A model generated the notes under the pieces. The model was not told the DNA's origin. It saw nothing but the letters and a program-made list of their open reading frames with translations, and did not search any database. Positions 18,577 through 27,327 of a DNA stretch of 64,000 nucleotides are shown in pieces. The translations under genes were made by a program, and so were the position numbers. Origin of the DNA: an uncultured bacterium (GTDB lineage: Bacteria; Actinomycetota; Coriobacteriia; Coriobacteriales; Coriobacteriaceae); the NCBI GenBank assembly GCA_905215825.1, contig CAJMRO010000001.1, positions 739 through 64,738 on the forward strand. Reading direction: 5' to 3'. Position 1 is the first letter of the stretch, and each line of letters starts with the position of its first letter.

Positions 18577-20040
18577 CTACACCGGAAGCATGCCAGAGAT
18601 TGCCGTTACGATCAGGCCAAAGACGACCATGAAAATGAAGAACTTCCAAATGGTCTTCCACCATTGGCCAAACGAAATCCTAGCCACGGCAAGACCGGCG
18701 ACCGTCATGCCCGCCACGGGGCTGATGGTGTTGATGGTCTGGTTGGCAAACTGGAGCGCGGTGACGGCCGCCTCGGGATTGAGGCCCATGAGCTCGGTCA
18801 GGGGGCCCATAACGGGCATGGTGAGCGCCGCCAGGCCAGAACTCGAGGGAACCAGCAAAGAGAGCAGGCCAAGGACGATATACATAAACGTGGTGTAGAC
18901 GGCGGCGGGTGCACCGGCAAGCGCAGTAGCGAGCGCCTGGAGGATGGTGTCGATGATCATGCCGCCCTCGGCGATGACCAGAATACCGCGAGCGATACCG
19001 ATAACGATGGCAGCGTACGCAAAGTCGGCAAGACCCTTAACGAACTCCTCTGCGATCGTCTGCTGGTCAAGACCGCCCAGGATACCGGCAAGCAAGCCCA
19101 TGCCAAGGAACACGGCGGAAATCTCATTCATGTACCAGCCCTGGGTAACAAGACCCCAGACGATAATGCCCATACCGCAAGCAAAATCGATAAGCACGAG
19201 CTTCTGACGGGTAGTGAACTCTTCCTCGATGGAGGCATCGGTCACGGAAAACTCAACACGCTTGAGCTTGTCGTCTTCGTACGTAATGGACGACTCGGGG
19301 TTTTTCTTGACACGCATGGCATAGCGCATGGCCCATGCGATACCGACGGCAGTGAAGATGACCCAAGAAACGGCGCGCAGCCACAGCTGAGGATTGCCCT
19401 CGATACCAATGATGCCTTGGGCGATCAAAACATTAAACGGGTCGATGGTCGAAGCACAATATCCCAGGTTAGGACCAAGGAAGCAGATGATAAACGCCGT
19501 CATCGAGTCATACCCGATACCCATCATGATGGGAATGAAGATGGCATAGAACGGCAGGGCTTCCTCAGACATACCAAACGTAGTGCCGCAAATGGACAGC
19601 AACGTCATCGTGATGGGAATGATGAGGATGTCCTTGTTCTTGAGCTTTTTAATCACACGGCTCATGCCGGCATTCAAAGCGTTGGTCTTGGTGATGATTG
19701 CGAACGATCCGCCAATCAATAAGACGAACGCAACGACGTCGGCAGCCTCTTGGATACCCTTGGTGGGCGCTTGCAGGACCGCGAAGATATCCTGGCCCAG
19801 ATTGATGGTCTCGCCGGTCTCTGAATCGGTGTAGTTCTTATCGACCTGTTCATAGGTTCCAGCAACGGCAACTTCACGCTCGCCCGCCGCTGTCGAAATC
19901 GTCTTGCGCTGATACTGACCAGAGGGAACAATCCAAGTCAGGACCGCAAAGACAACGATCAGCAAGAACATGATCGTATAGACATGCGGTAATTTGAACT
20001 TAAAACGTCTGTTTGTCTTCTTCGCCTTCGTATCTGACAT
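18577..20040 (-). CDS. YfcC/DcuC-family transporter (basic amino acid antiporter-like)
   Basis: PHVYTI..LTWIVPSGQY, GTTFGMSEE, VPSSSG.A..TMP; GGAGG RBS before ATG 20040. Confidence 0.88.
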   Translation of the reverse strand: MSDTKAKKTNRRFKFKLPHVYTIMFLLIVVFAVLTWIVPSGQYQRKTISTAAGEREVAVAGTYEQVDKNYTDSETGETINLGQDIFAVLQAPTKGIQEAADVVAFVLLIGGSFAIITKTNALNAGMSRVIKKLKNKDILIIPITMTLLSICGTTFGMSEEALPFYAIFIPIMMGIGYDSMTAFIICFLGPNLGYCASTIDPFNVLIAQGIIGIEGNPQLWLRAVSWVIFTAVGIAWAMRYAMRVKKNPESSITYEDDKLKRVEFSVTDASIEEEFTTRQKLVLIDFACGMGIIVWGLVTQGWYMNEISAVFLGMGLLAGILGGLDQQTIAEEFVKGLADFAYAAIVIGIARGILVIAEGGMIIDTILQALATALAGAPAAVYTTFMYIVLGLLSLLVPSSSGLAALTMPVMGPLTELMGLNPEAAVTALQFANQTINTISPVAGMTVAGLAVARISFGQWWKTIWKFFIFMVVFGLIVTAISGMLPV

Positions 20041-20100
20041 AGATACCTCCAAAGAACTCGAGACTGCATCGCATCTCGCTTCAACGTTTGCACAAGGCAA

Positions 20101-20148
20101 ACGTTCTATGACGTCCCATAGATTACCAGCAGCTTTTTCCTTCATCAA
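20101..20148 (-). promoter_or_regulatory. Operon promoter (TTGATG-17-TAATCT, extended TG) with GntR/HutC-type operator acGTTCTATGACgt
   Basis: -35 20148-20143, -10 20125-20120; GT-N2-TA-N2-AC palindrome at 20103-20112 just downstream. Confidence 0.6.
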
Positions 20149-20258
20149 GATAATTTCAAACTGATTGCCGCAACGCGGTTGAACGGTTGCGTTTGCGCCG
20201 TGAACGGTATGGAAACACCCGGTGAGATGATCCACCGGGCGCTTCCATTCGCAATGTC

Positions 20259-21002
20259 CTAGATGTCAAAAACGTAGCGAGACCCAACGATTCGCTGACG
20301 ACCGATGATAAACGGCCGCCGCTGCTCATCGAAAAAGAAGGCTTCCATATAAAACAAGGGTTCGCCAACGGGAACTGCCAACAGCCGAGCGACCTCGGGC
20401 GACGCGCACGCGATCTCGAGTGTGCACGGGTCGGTAAACGCGGGCGTACGGCCCGTCCGGTTGCGCACGAACTCAAAAATGGATTGGTTAGATAGAGGTG
20501 CCGTTGATAGATAAGCGTTGTCCTCGTAAACGTATATGTTGTTCTCGAGCATGACGGGGACGCCATCGGCAGTACGCACACGCTCGACGCAAATCAAGTC
20601 AGTTCCAACGGGAACACCAAAGAACTGTGCTTCGGTAGAATCCGCCGGCAGTATCTTTCTCGAAATGACACACGCCCCCGGTTCCATTCCGTTAACGCGG
20701 CATGCGTCCGAAAAACTCTGGACGTCATCCTTCTGGCGAATCTTGCGCTTGAGCTTGGGGGCATTGACGAACGTGCCTTTCCCCTGTCGCTTCGTTAGAT
20801 AGCCCTGCTGGACGAGCTCCTCAATAGCGCGTCGCACGGTAACGCGGCCAACTTTATAGCTCTCAGCCAATTCGAATTCGTTGGGTATCCGCGCGCCTGC
20901 CTTGTAGACGCCGGAGTTGATTTCGTTTTTAATGATATCAATGACCTGTTGGTACAGCGGTATCGCTGCTTTACCGTCAGTTAGCCCTTCAGTCGGTGGC
21001 AT
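20259..21002 (-). CDS. GntR/HutC-family regulator with UTRA domain (FrlR-like)
   Basis: PLYQQV..IPNEFEL..VGRVTVRRAIEEL..RQGKGTFV; RVRTADGVPV.LE. Confidence 0.9.
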   Translation of the reverse strand: MPPTEGLTDGKAAIPLYQQVIDIIKNEINSGVYKAGARIPNEFELAESYKVGRVTVRRAIEELVQQGYLTKRQGKGTFVNAPKLKRKIRQKDDVQSFSDACRVNGMEPGACVISRKILPADSTEAQFFGVPVGTDLICVERVRTADGVPVMLENNIYVYEDNAYLSTAPLSNQSIFEFVRNRTGRTPAFTDPCTLEIACASPEVARLLAVPVGEPLFYMEAFFFDEQRRPFIIGRQRIVGSRYVFDI

Positions 21003-21152
21003 ATACCCTCTCCCAGCACAATTAAGTCTAAAGCGGGCCCAAGGGCATTCAGCAAGCCCTTAAGCCCGCATTAGCATTAAGTATGCTAGGTGTCGCACCA
21101 AAATGTCGGCTATTTACTCATCAGACCCGAAAAACGCGCAACTACCGCGCTC

Positions 21153-21812
21153 CTAAGAAAGCGTGAGCAGCTCCGGCAGCTGGTCGATAATCTTGTCCGC
21201 GGCATCCTGGCTAAAGCCAAAGCGCTCCTCGCGCTTGGCAATGACTGTCAGGCCGGCTCGCTTGCCGGCAGTGATGCCAGGCACCGAATCCTCAACGCAG
21301 CAGCAGCGATTCGCGGGCAGCCCCAGCAGGTCCAGCGCATGCAGGTAGATGTCGGGCTCGGGCTTGCTCTCCTTAAACTGCTCGCCGCTCACCACATACT
21401 CAAAGGCATCCGACAGCCCGCATGCGTTGAGCACTTCCTCGATGCTATCCATGGGAGACGAGCTGGCAAGCGCCACGCGAACGCCGCGGCGCGGCAGCTC
21501 TCGAATCGTATCCACGGCGCCTGGGTTAATCAAAGCCTGATAGTCGCGCGGACGCTCATGCGCCCACTCGTCCCAACGGGCCAACGCTTCCTCGCCAGTG
21601 AAATGCCCCTTACCGGCGCGCTCAAACCAATCGACCAACATATGCAGGAAGAACTGATGCGAGGTACCGACCTGCCCATTCAACTCCTCTTGAGTCAGGT
21701 TAAGCCCAAGCTCCTTGGCAAACGCGGCAGTCTCGCCCAGGTAGTAATACTCGGTATCGACAATGACGCCGTCCATGTCAAAGATAACGGCGTCGAACGG
21801 AAATGCGGACAC
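21153..21812 (-). CDS. HAD-superfamily phosphatase (beta-PGM-like)
   Basis: IFDMDGVIVDTE, LASSS, KPEPDIY, VEDS..GITAG; GTG start with GGAGG RBS. Confidence 0.88.
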   Translation of the reverse strand: MSAFPFDAVIFDMDGVIVDTEYYYLGETAAFAKELGLNLTQEELNGQVGTSHQFFLHMLVDWFERAGKGHFTGEEALARWDEWAHERPRDYQALINPGAVDTIRELPRRGVRVALASSSPMDSIEEVLNACGLSDAFEYVVSGEQFKESKPEPDIYLHALDLLGLPANRCCCVEDSVPGITAGKRAGLTVIAKREERFGFSQDAADKIIDQLPELLTLS

Positions 21813-21875
21813 GGCACCCTCCCTAACAAAAGGGCGCCTGTAAGCAGACGCCCGAACCATGCATTATCGGCGATT

Positions 21876-22718
21876 CTAACCCAGCAGCTTATCCAGCGCC
21901 ACCGCAATACCGTCTTCATTGTTATTGGCGGTCACCATCTGGGCCACGGCCTTAACCTCGTCAACCGCGTTGCCCATGGCAACACCGGTGCCGGCCCACT
22001 CAATCATGGACTTGTCGTTCTGGCCGTCGCCAAACGATACGACCTCACTGGCATTGATGCCGAGCTTAGGCAGGGCACCCTCGAGTGCGCGGGCCTTGTC
22101 GATACCGGGCGCCGTGTACTCAAAGTACCAGTCGGCCGTAAACATGCCCGAAAGCGTCTGCTTAAAGGGCGCATACATCTCCTCGTAATGCGCCTGCAGG
22201 TAGGCCGGATCGCCCGCCGTCAGCAGCTTGTCCACGGGATAAGCATCAGCGACCTCATGCAGGCTCTCCACCTCGCGAATCTTAAGATCGCACGCGTCGC
22301 GCTCATACTTGACGATATTCTTCTGCGAGCCGTCAGGCAGCGTGATCATGCAATGGTACGAGTCCTCGACGTGCAAATCGCGACCGAGCGAAATCATAGG
22401 GATCACGTCAAAATTACGCAGGTGATCAATCAGACGATGCAATTCGTCGGCAGGCATAGCCTGATCGAACAGCACCTCGTCGGTCTGGGCATCGACGACG
22501 TGTGCGCCGTTAAAGGCCACCAGCAAACCGTCATGGTTTTGAAGGTCGAGCTCTTGCGCCAAGGCGTGCAGCCCCCATGCGGGACGGCCCGAAGCCAAAA
22601 TGAGCTTAATGCCCGACTCCTGCGCCGCGAGCAGCTTCTCGCGCGTACGCGGGCTAATCACTTTCTGATCGTTGGTGAGCGTACCGTCGATATCCATCGC
22701 GATGGCTTTGATTGCCAT
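21876..22718 (-). CDS. Cof-type HAD-IIB hydrolase
   Basis: DIDGTL, ASGRP, NGA, K..AL, FGDGQND.SM. Confidence 0.9.
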   Translation of the reverse strand: MAIKAIAMDIDGTLTNDQKVISPRTREKLLAAQESGIKLILASGRPAWGLHALAQELDLQNHDGLLVAFNGAHVVDAQTDEVLFDQAMPADELHRLIDHLRNFDVIPMISLGRDLHVEDSYHCMITLPDGSQKNIVKYERDACDLKIREVESLHEVADAYPVDKLLTAGDPAYLQAHYEEMYAPFKQTLSGMFTADWYFEYTAPGIDKARALEGALPKLGINASEVVSFGDGQNDKSMIEWAGTGVAMGNAVDEVKAVAQMVTANNNEDGIAVALDKLLG

Positions 22719-22867
22719 ATATGCCTCCCTGTCATTGAACAACCTTGTCTGAGCCATCATACAGAACACCCATCGCGACTCCGTTTACAACGGGAAAAAT
22801 GTCATATTGTCCCGAACATGAACGGCGTGTGGTCGTGAAGCTTTATCGCTCAGGTCAAATACGTCTG

Positions 22868-23542
22868 CTAGCGACGCTCATCCGTCGGTGCGCCCTCGAC
22901 GATCGCGATGCCCGCCGATGCACCTAACGCGCTGGCGCCGGCCTCGATGAATGCGCAAGCCTCTTCGTAATTATGGATACCGCCCGCCGCCTTGATTGCC
23001 ACGGCATCGCCGAGCACCTCGTGCATCAGCCGCACGTCCTCGAGCTTAGCACCGCCAAAGCTTCTACCGGTCGATGTCTTAAGGAATCCCGGCTTGGCCT
23101 CCAGCGCGATCTCGCATACACGGCGCTTGGCGGCGTCGTCGCCGTCCAGCTTGCACATCTCGACGATTACCTTGTCAGTGATGCCATGCGCGCGACAAAA
23201 ATCAGCAATGGTAGTCATCTCGCGCTCGATGGCATCAAAATCGCGGTTCTCGATCGACCCCTGATTCAAAACATAGTCAATCTCGGTAAAGCCACACGCA
23301 GCGTATTCCTCAAACCTCGCAAGCTTCTCCTCAAGCGTCATAGTGCCCTGGGGAAAGTCGATAGCGCCGGCAAGGATGATGTCAGAGCCCTCGAGCATGG
23401 CGCGCCCCGTCTCGTACTCCTGCAGGTTCGCAAATACGCAGCGAAAGTTGTACTTTAACGCCTTCTCGACATACTGCTCAAACGTGTCCTCGGGGGCATC
23501 GATATAGTCGATGTATTTATTGATGGGTTTGGCAAGCGTCAT
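22868..23542 (-). CDS. deoC: Deoxyribose-phosphate aldolase
   Basis: DFPQG, EIDYVLN, KVIVE, KTSTG, IKAAGGI, LGASAG. Confidence 0.8.
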   Translation of the reverse strand: MTLAKPINKYIDYIDAPEDTFEQYVEKALKYNFRCVFANLQEYETGRAMLEGSDIILAGAIDFPQGTMTLEEKLARFEEYAACGFTEIDYVLNQGSIENRDFDAIEREMTTIADFCRAHGITDKVIVEMCKLDGDDAAKRRVCEIALEAKPGFLKTSTGRSFGGAKLEDVRLMHEVLGDAVAIKAAGGIHNYEEACAFIEAGASALGASAGIAIVEGAPTDERR

Positions 23543-23762
23543 GCTGGGCCTCCTTGTTCAGGGCTGGCAACCGATTCGTGGCTTCACGCGAAAAACCACG
23601 TTCAATGTACGCCCGGCATGCAAGGACAGCGTCCGCATTCCGACAAGTGGTATGAGATTAGCCGTAAACGTATAATTTACGGACAGCGAATGGCACCGCA
23701 CGCGGATGCCGACAGCAAGACATCCCCCCCCCTCAATACACCCTCATGCCCATTTAAATAGC

Positions 23763-23797
23763 AAGGGGCCCGTATCTGTTGGGATACGGGCCCCTTT
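23763..23797. terminator. Hairpin terminator (displaced original pgi terminator; possibly bidirectional)
   Basis: aaggggcccgtatc-tgttgg-gatacgggcccctt; near-identical to 27264-27295. Confidence 0.75.
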
Positions 23798-23825
23798 CGG
23801 CCGTGACCTATCTCAGCAACAAAGA

Positions 23826-23855
23826 CTACTTGCGGTGAGCGCGGTAGAACTCGAT
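23826..23855 (-). repeat. Displaced duplicate of pgi 3' end (IEFYRAHRK*), att-like site
   Basis: 27/30 identical to 27328-27357; the three differences are synonymous. Confidence 0.9.
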
Positions 23856-24235
23856 CGCACCATCTTATCCGAGCCGGGGCACGTTCGCATAGCGTGGCGC
23901 GTGACGGTTGCAAAACCACCCCATTTGAAACAAACGCAAAAAAGTACTTGCAAAGACACGTTCCGACATATAAGTTGATAAAAGACCGCCGTTGCGGTTT
24001 TAAGCAGATCGAGCATATGAAGTTTCAGTTTTCAGCGTGTAAGAGAAGGAAGATCGGCAAGTACAACCCCAAACGCAATGACAACTTAATGAGGTAACTG
24101 CCACATGTGAGGCACCCAGGGCATTGCTGTCTCGATTTTGAGCACGATGCCTTCCGCCTTGCATGGGCCGTTCCATCCCGCCCCTGCAGCAACTGCCTCA
24201 CGGGCTCATTGAAAACCGCATAGCACCCCAACGTC

Positions 24236-24304
24236 AGCACATCACCCACGGCAAGCACATCACTCACGACAACCAACACATCAACAAACAGCACGAACAT
24301 CAAC
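24236..24304 (+). repeat. Short tandem 18-bp repeats (agcacatcacYcacgRca x2, plus degenerate copies)
   Basis: 24236-24253 and 24254-24271, then cacatcaac and aacatcaac. Confidence 0.55.
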
Positions 24305-24318
24305 CGATTGGAGAAGCT

Positions 24319-25209
24319 ATGACAAACCACCACGCTGAAGACGGCGATAAGAAAAGCATTCTGGATGCCCGCATTGAGCGAGCATATGCAAACGAATATG
24401 ACGCCGCCTTTGCCGCCGCGACCATCAAGAACTACGCGTCGCTACCGCTCGCGACGATCTTGGCCGACCACCCTCAACTGCTGAAGCGCTGCACAAAGAT
24501 CATGGGCGACCCCGACATTCGCAAGCTGACAGACCCCTATGCCCCAAAACGCGACAACGATTCGTACGTTCTTACCGTAGGCTGCCTAGCCCATATGCTT
24601 ACGGCGCTCGACACGAAACTCAAGCTCGAATGGGAACCCGACGAGCGTCATGAACTCGAAAGCAAGCGGAACACCCTGCGCACCGCACTGTTCCTTCCGT
24701 TGGACGGCCTCAAGCGCTGCAACGTCGAGCTCAATACACAGGCGCGGCAAAAGCCCGGGACCACAGGGCAGAAAACTCCAAGACCCCATGCGGCCATCGT
24801 CGACCGCAACCGATATAACCGCATGACCGCGCATTTTTCTGCCGAGGGAGCAGCCATAAGGACGCTGATCGACCTGCTGTGTCTCCTGAGCATCAACGAG
24901 CTATTTGAGGGCTATCTCGCCCTTGTTCCCGCGACGGCACCCAAGTCGGTAGCAAAGATCATCGAGACCTGCAGACGCCAGTTTGAGCGCCATCGCAATG
25001 GCAGCGAGATGAACGCCAGCATCGCGCAGTACTACGCGGCTCATTACAAAAATGACGGATGTGCCCCTGTCGAGCATCAGCTGCGGCTCGCCTACACCAC
25101 GCCCGCCGCAACGCTCTATCGCTTTGGAGCCATTGGCGCTTGCGAGCCGCACGAACAGGCAGCCTGCCCCACAACCGAGCTCGATCTCAGGCTCGGACGA
25201 ACCCTGTAG
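24319..25209 (+). CDS. Hypothetical protein (296 aa), islet gene 1
   Basis: Long ORF with GGAG RBS before ATG 24319; no recognisable motif. Confidence 0.7.
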   Translation: MTNHHAEDGDKKSILDARIERAYANEYDAAFAAATIKNYASLPLATILADHPQLLKRCTKIMGDPDIRKLTDPYAPKRDNDSYVLTVGCLAHMLTALDTKLKLEWEPDERHELESKRNTLRTALFLPLDGLKRCNVELNTQARQKPGTTGQKTPRPHAAIVDRNRYNRMTAHFSAEGAAIRTLIDLLCLLSINELFEGYLALVPATAPKSVAKIIETCRRQFERHRNGSEMNASIAQYYAAHYKNDGCAPVEHQLRLAYTTPAATLYRFGAIGACEPHEQAACPTTELDLRLGRTL

Positions 25210-25310
25210 CCCGCCAGCCCCTCCGCGGGCAACAATCCTATTCCACAACACAACCAACAGAAAGGAGTCCTCATGGACACCAATCATTCCCCCATCATCA
25301 GCCCCTCACC

Positions 25311-25889
25311 ATGCGTGAATCCGCCCGAGGCATCACACTCACCAGCATTTACGATGAGATGCTCGCCCGTCGCGAGCTCTCCGTCATGGGAAACATCGAA
25401 ACCCCGATGGCCCACGACCTATGCCAGCAGATCCGCCTGCTCGATGCCACCGACCCCAGCCGCCCCATCACCATATTTGTCGCCAGCGCCGGCGGAAGCG
25501 TGCGATCGGGTCTTGCGATCTATGACGCCATGCGCCTCGCATCGTGCCCCATCCGCACCGTCTGCCTGGAATTCGCCGCGTCCATGGGCGCCGTGATCTT
25601 TATGGGCGGCGACGATCGCCGTATGGCGCCCCATGCAGAGCTCATGATTCACGACCCGCTGATCCCCCAGGGGGCAGGCGGCTCGGCACTTGCGCTGCAG
25701 GAAACCAGCCGGCGTCTCATGCAGACCCGCAAGACCCTCACGCAAATCCTCTCGGACCGCAGCGGCCTCACGCCCAAGCGCATCCAGTCCCTCACTGCAA
25801 AAGACACCTACCTTTCGGCCGAGCGCGCCGTCGAGCTCGGCTTTGCCCACGAAATCCTCTCGACCACCAAGGAGGTCGCCCATGTCTAA
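25311..25889 (+). CDS. clpP: ClpP-family serine peptidase (start uncertain; RBS-bearing ATG at 25273 is out of frame)
   Basis: SAGGSV..GLAIYDAM, AASMGA (Ser), MIHDP (His), KDTYLSAERAVELGF (Asp). Confidence 0.88.
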   Translation: MRESARGITLTSIYDEMLARRELSVMGNIETPMAHDLCQQIRLLDATDPSRPITIFVASAGGSVRSGLAIYDAMRLASCPIRTVCLEFAASMGAVIFMGGDDRRMAPHAELMIHDPLIPQGAGGSALALQETSRRLMQTRKTLTQILSDRSGLTPKRIQSLTAKDTYLSAERAVELGFAHEILSTTKEVAHV

Positions 25890-27186
25890 CCTCGCCAGCC
25901 GCCTCGCCGCATCTGAGTCCGCATCGTCCACCATCCTCGCCAAGGATCGAACGCTTTCCTGCGACACCCGCCAAACGGGACTCAACAACAACGCACTTGT
26001 GATCGGCCCCTCGGGAGCCGGCAAAACCCGAAACGTCCTCAAGCCCAACCTGCTGCAAATGAACGCAAGCTACATCGTGCTCGACACCAAAGGCACGCTC
26101 TGTCGCGAAGTGGGACCCGTGCTGGCAGCCCACGGTTACCGCGTGCATTGTCTCAACTTCGCCGACCTCAACACCGTCCCGGCCCTTGCGCCCGGCATCG
26201 AGCGCTGCGGCTACAACCCCCTGAGGCACATTCGCCGCAGGGCGGACGGCAGGCCCAACCAGCAGGACATCCTCTCGGTGGCAAAGGCCATCTGCCCCAT
26301 CGAGGACAACAACCAGCCTTTTTGGGATCATGCGGCGGCAAACCTGCTGTCGTGTCTTATCGCCTACGTCACCGAACAGCTACCCGCCGACGAGCAGACG
26401 ATCAGCTCGGTCATCAAGCTGATCGAGCACCTGCAGGACGGTGCCACGAGTCGATTGTTTGACGACCTGATCACGACCGACCCCCAAAGCTATGCCCTCT
26501 CGCTATGGCGGCGCTACGCCATTACGCAAAATGCCGAGCGCATGCACGCGAGCATCGTCGGCATCCTTGCCGAAAAGGTCATGTGTCTGGGATTCGACGG
26601 TGCGGCACAGCTCTATCGTGAGTGCCATCAGGTGGACTTCGCTTCCATGGGACACACCCCCTGCGCCCTGTTTGTAACCGTGAGCGATATTGACCGCAAT
26701 CTCGATCCGCTGACCGGCCTCTTTATTTCGCAGGCGTTTATGGGCCTCATTCGTGAGGCCGATAGGCAGCCCGACGGCAGCCTGCCCGTGCCCGTGCGCT
26801 TTATGCTCGATGACTTCGCAAATCTGCAGATCCCCCAGATCGACAACGTGCTCTCGATTATCCGAAGCCGCAACATCTGGGCAACGCTGCTGCTGCAGTC
26901 GACCAACCAGCTCGATGCGCTCTATGGCGAGGCACGCGCACGCTCCATCATGGGCAACTGCGACACGCATCTGGTGCTGGCGTTCCAGGATCCCGAGAGT
27001 GCCCGGGTGTTTTCCGACCGCGCCGACGCGCTGCCCAGCACGCTCATGGCGACGCCGATTGATCGCTCGTGGCTCTTTGTACGCGGTCGCACTCCCGAAC
27101 AGGTCGAGCGCTTTAGGCTCGAAGACCATCCGCTCTACGGGGAGCTGCCCGAGGCGCAGCGAGGCCATGCGGAGGCCGAGATCTAG
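25882..27186 (+). CDS. VirD4/TraG-like ATPase without N-terminal membrane anchor (434 aa)
   Basis: NALVIGPSGAGKT Walker A, PNLLQ, DTKG, YNPL, PFWD.AA, FMLDDFAN Walker B, IRSRNI..LLQS..QL..LYG, IMGNCD; AAGGAGG RBS, overlaps clpP stop. Confidence 0.88.
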   Translation: MSNLASRLAASESASSTILAKDRTLSCDTRQTGLNNNALVIGPSGAGKTRNVLKPNLLQMNASYIVLDTKGTLCREVGPVLAAHGYRVHCLNFADLNTVPALAPGIERCGYNPLRHIRRRADGRPNQQDILSVAKAICPIEDNNQPFWDHAAANLLSCLIAYVTEQLPADEQTISSVIKLIEHLQDGATSRLFDDLITTDPQSYALSLWRRYAITQNAERMHASIVGILAEKVMCLGFDGAAQLYRECHQVDFASMGHTPCALFVTVSDIDRNLDPLTGLFISQAFMGLIREADRQPDGSLPVPVRFMLDDFANLQIPQIDNVLSIIRSRNIWATLLLQSTNQLDALYGEARARSIMGNCDTHLVLAFQDPESARVFSDRADALPSTLMATPIDRSWLFVRGRTPEQVERFRLEDHPLYGELPEAQRGHAEAEI

Positions 27187-27261
27187 GCGCAGGGTTCTCG
27201 CAGCGCGCGACGCCCCGGCGATGTTCCACAAAAGCCGTGCGCCCCGGGACCACGGCAAAGC

Positions 27262-27295
27262 AAAGGGGCCCGCATCCGATAGGATACGGGCCCCT
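27262..27295 (-). terminator. pgi terminator (islet-supplied copy)
   Basis: aggggcccgcatcc..ggatacgggcccct hairpin just downstream of pgi stop. Confidence 0.75.
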
Positions 27296-27327
27296 GACTA
27301 TAAGGCGCGATGCGTTAACAGCAGCGA

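Noticed and set aside
17353..19722. Very long antisense ORFs (also 4420-6015, 21090-22838, 27337-29088, 33826-35841, 43188-44894, 54996-57026, 59416-61638)
   Set aside because: They mirror well-supported genes on the opposite strand; expected in high-GC codon-biased DNA, with no motifs or RBS.
24017..24097. Small ORF MKFQFSACKRRKIGKYNPKRNDNLMR in the islet leader
   Set aside because: No convincing RBS or recognisable features.
24236..24304. Possible CRISPR array
   Set aside because: Repeats are contiguous with no unique spacers, and no cas genes occur in the window.
25882..27186. Calling the islet a conjugative element because of virD4
   Set aside because: No relaxase, VirB4, integrase or recognisable oriT inside the 3.5-kb boundaries, and the ATPase lacks a membrane anchor.
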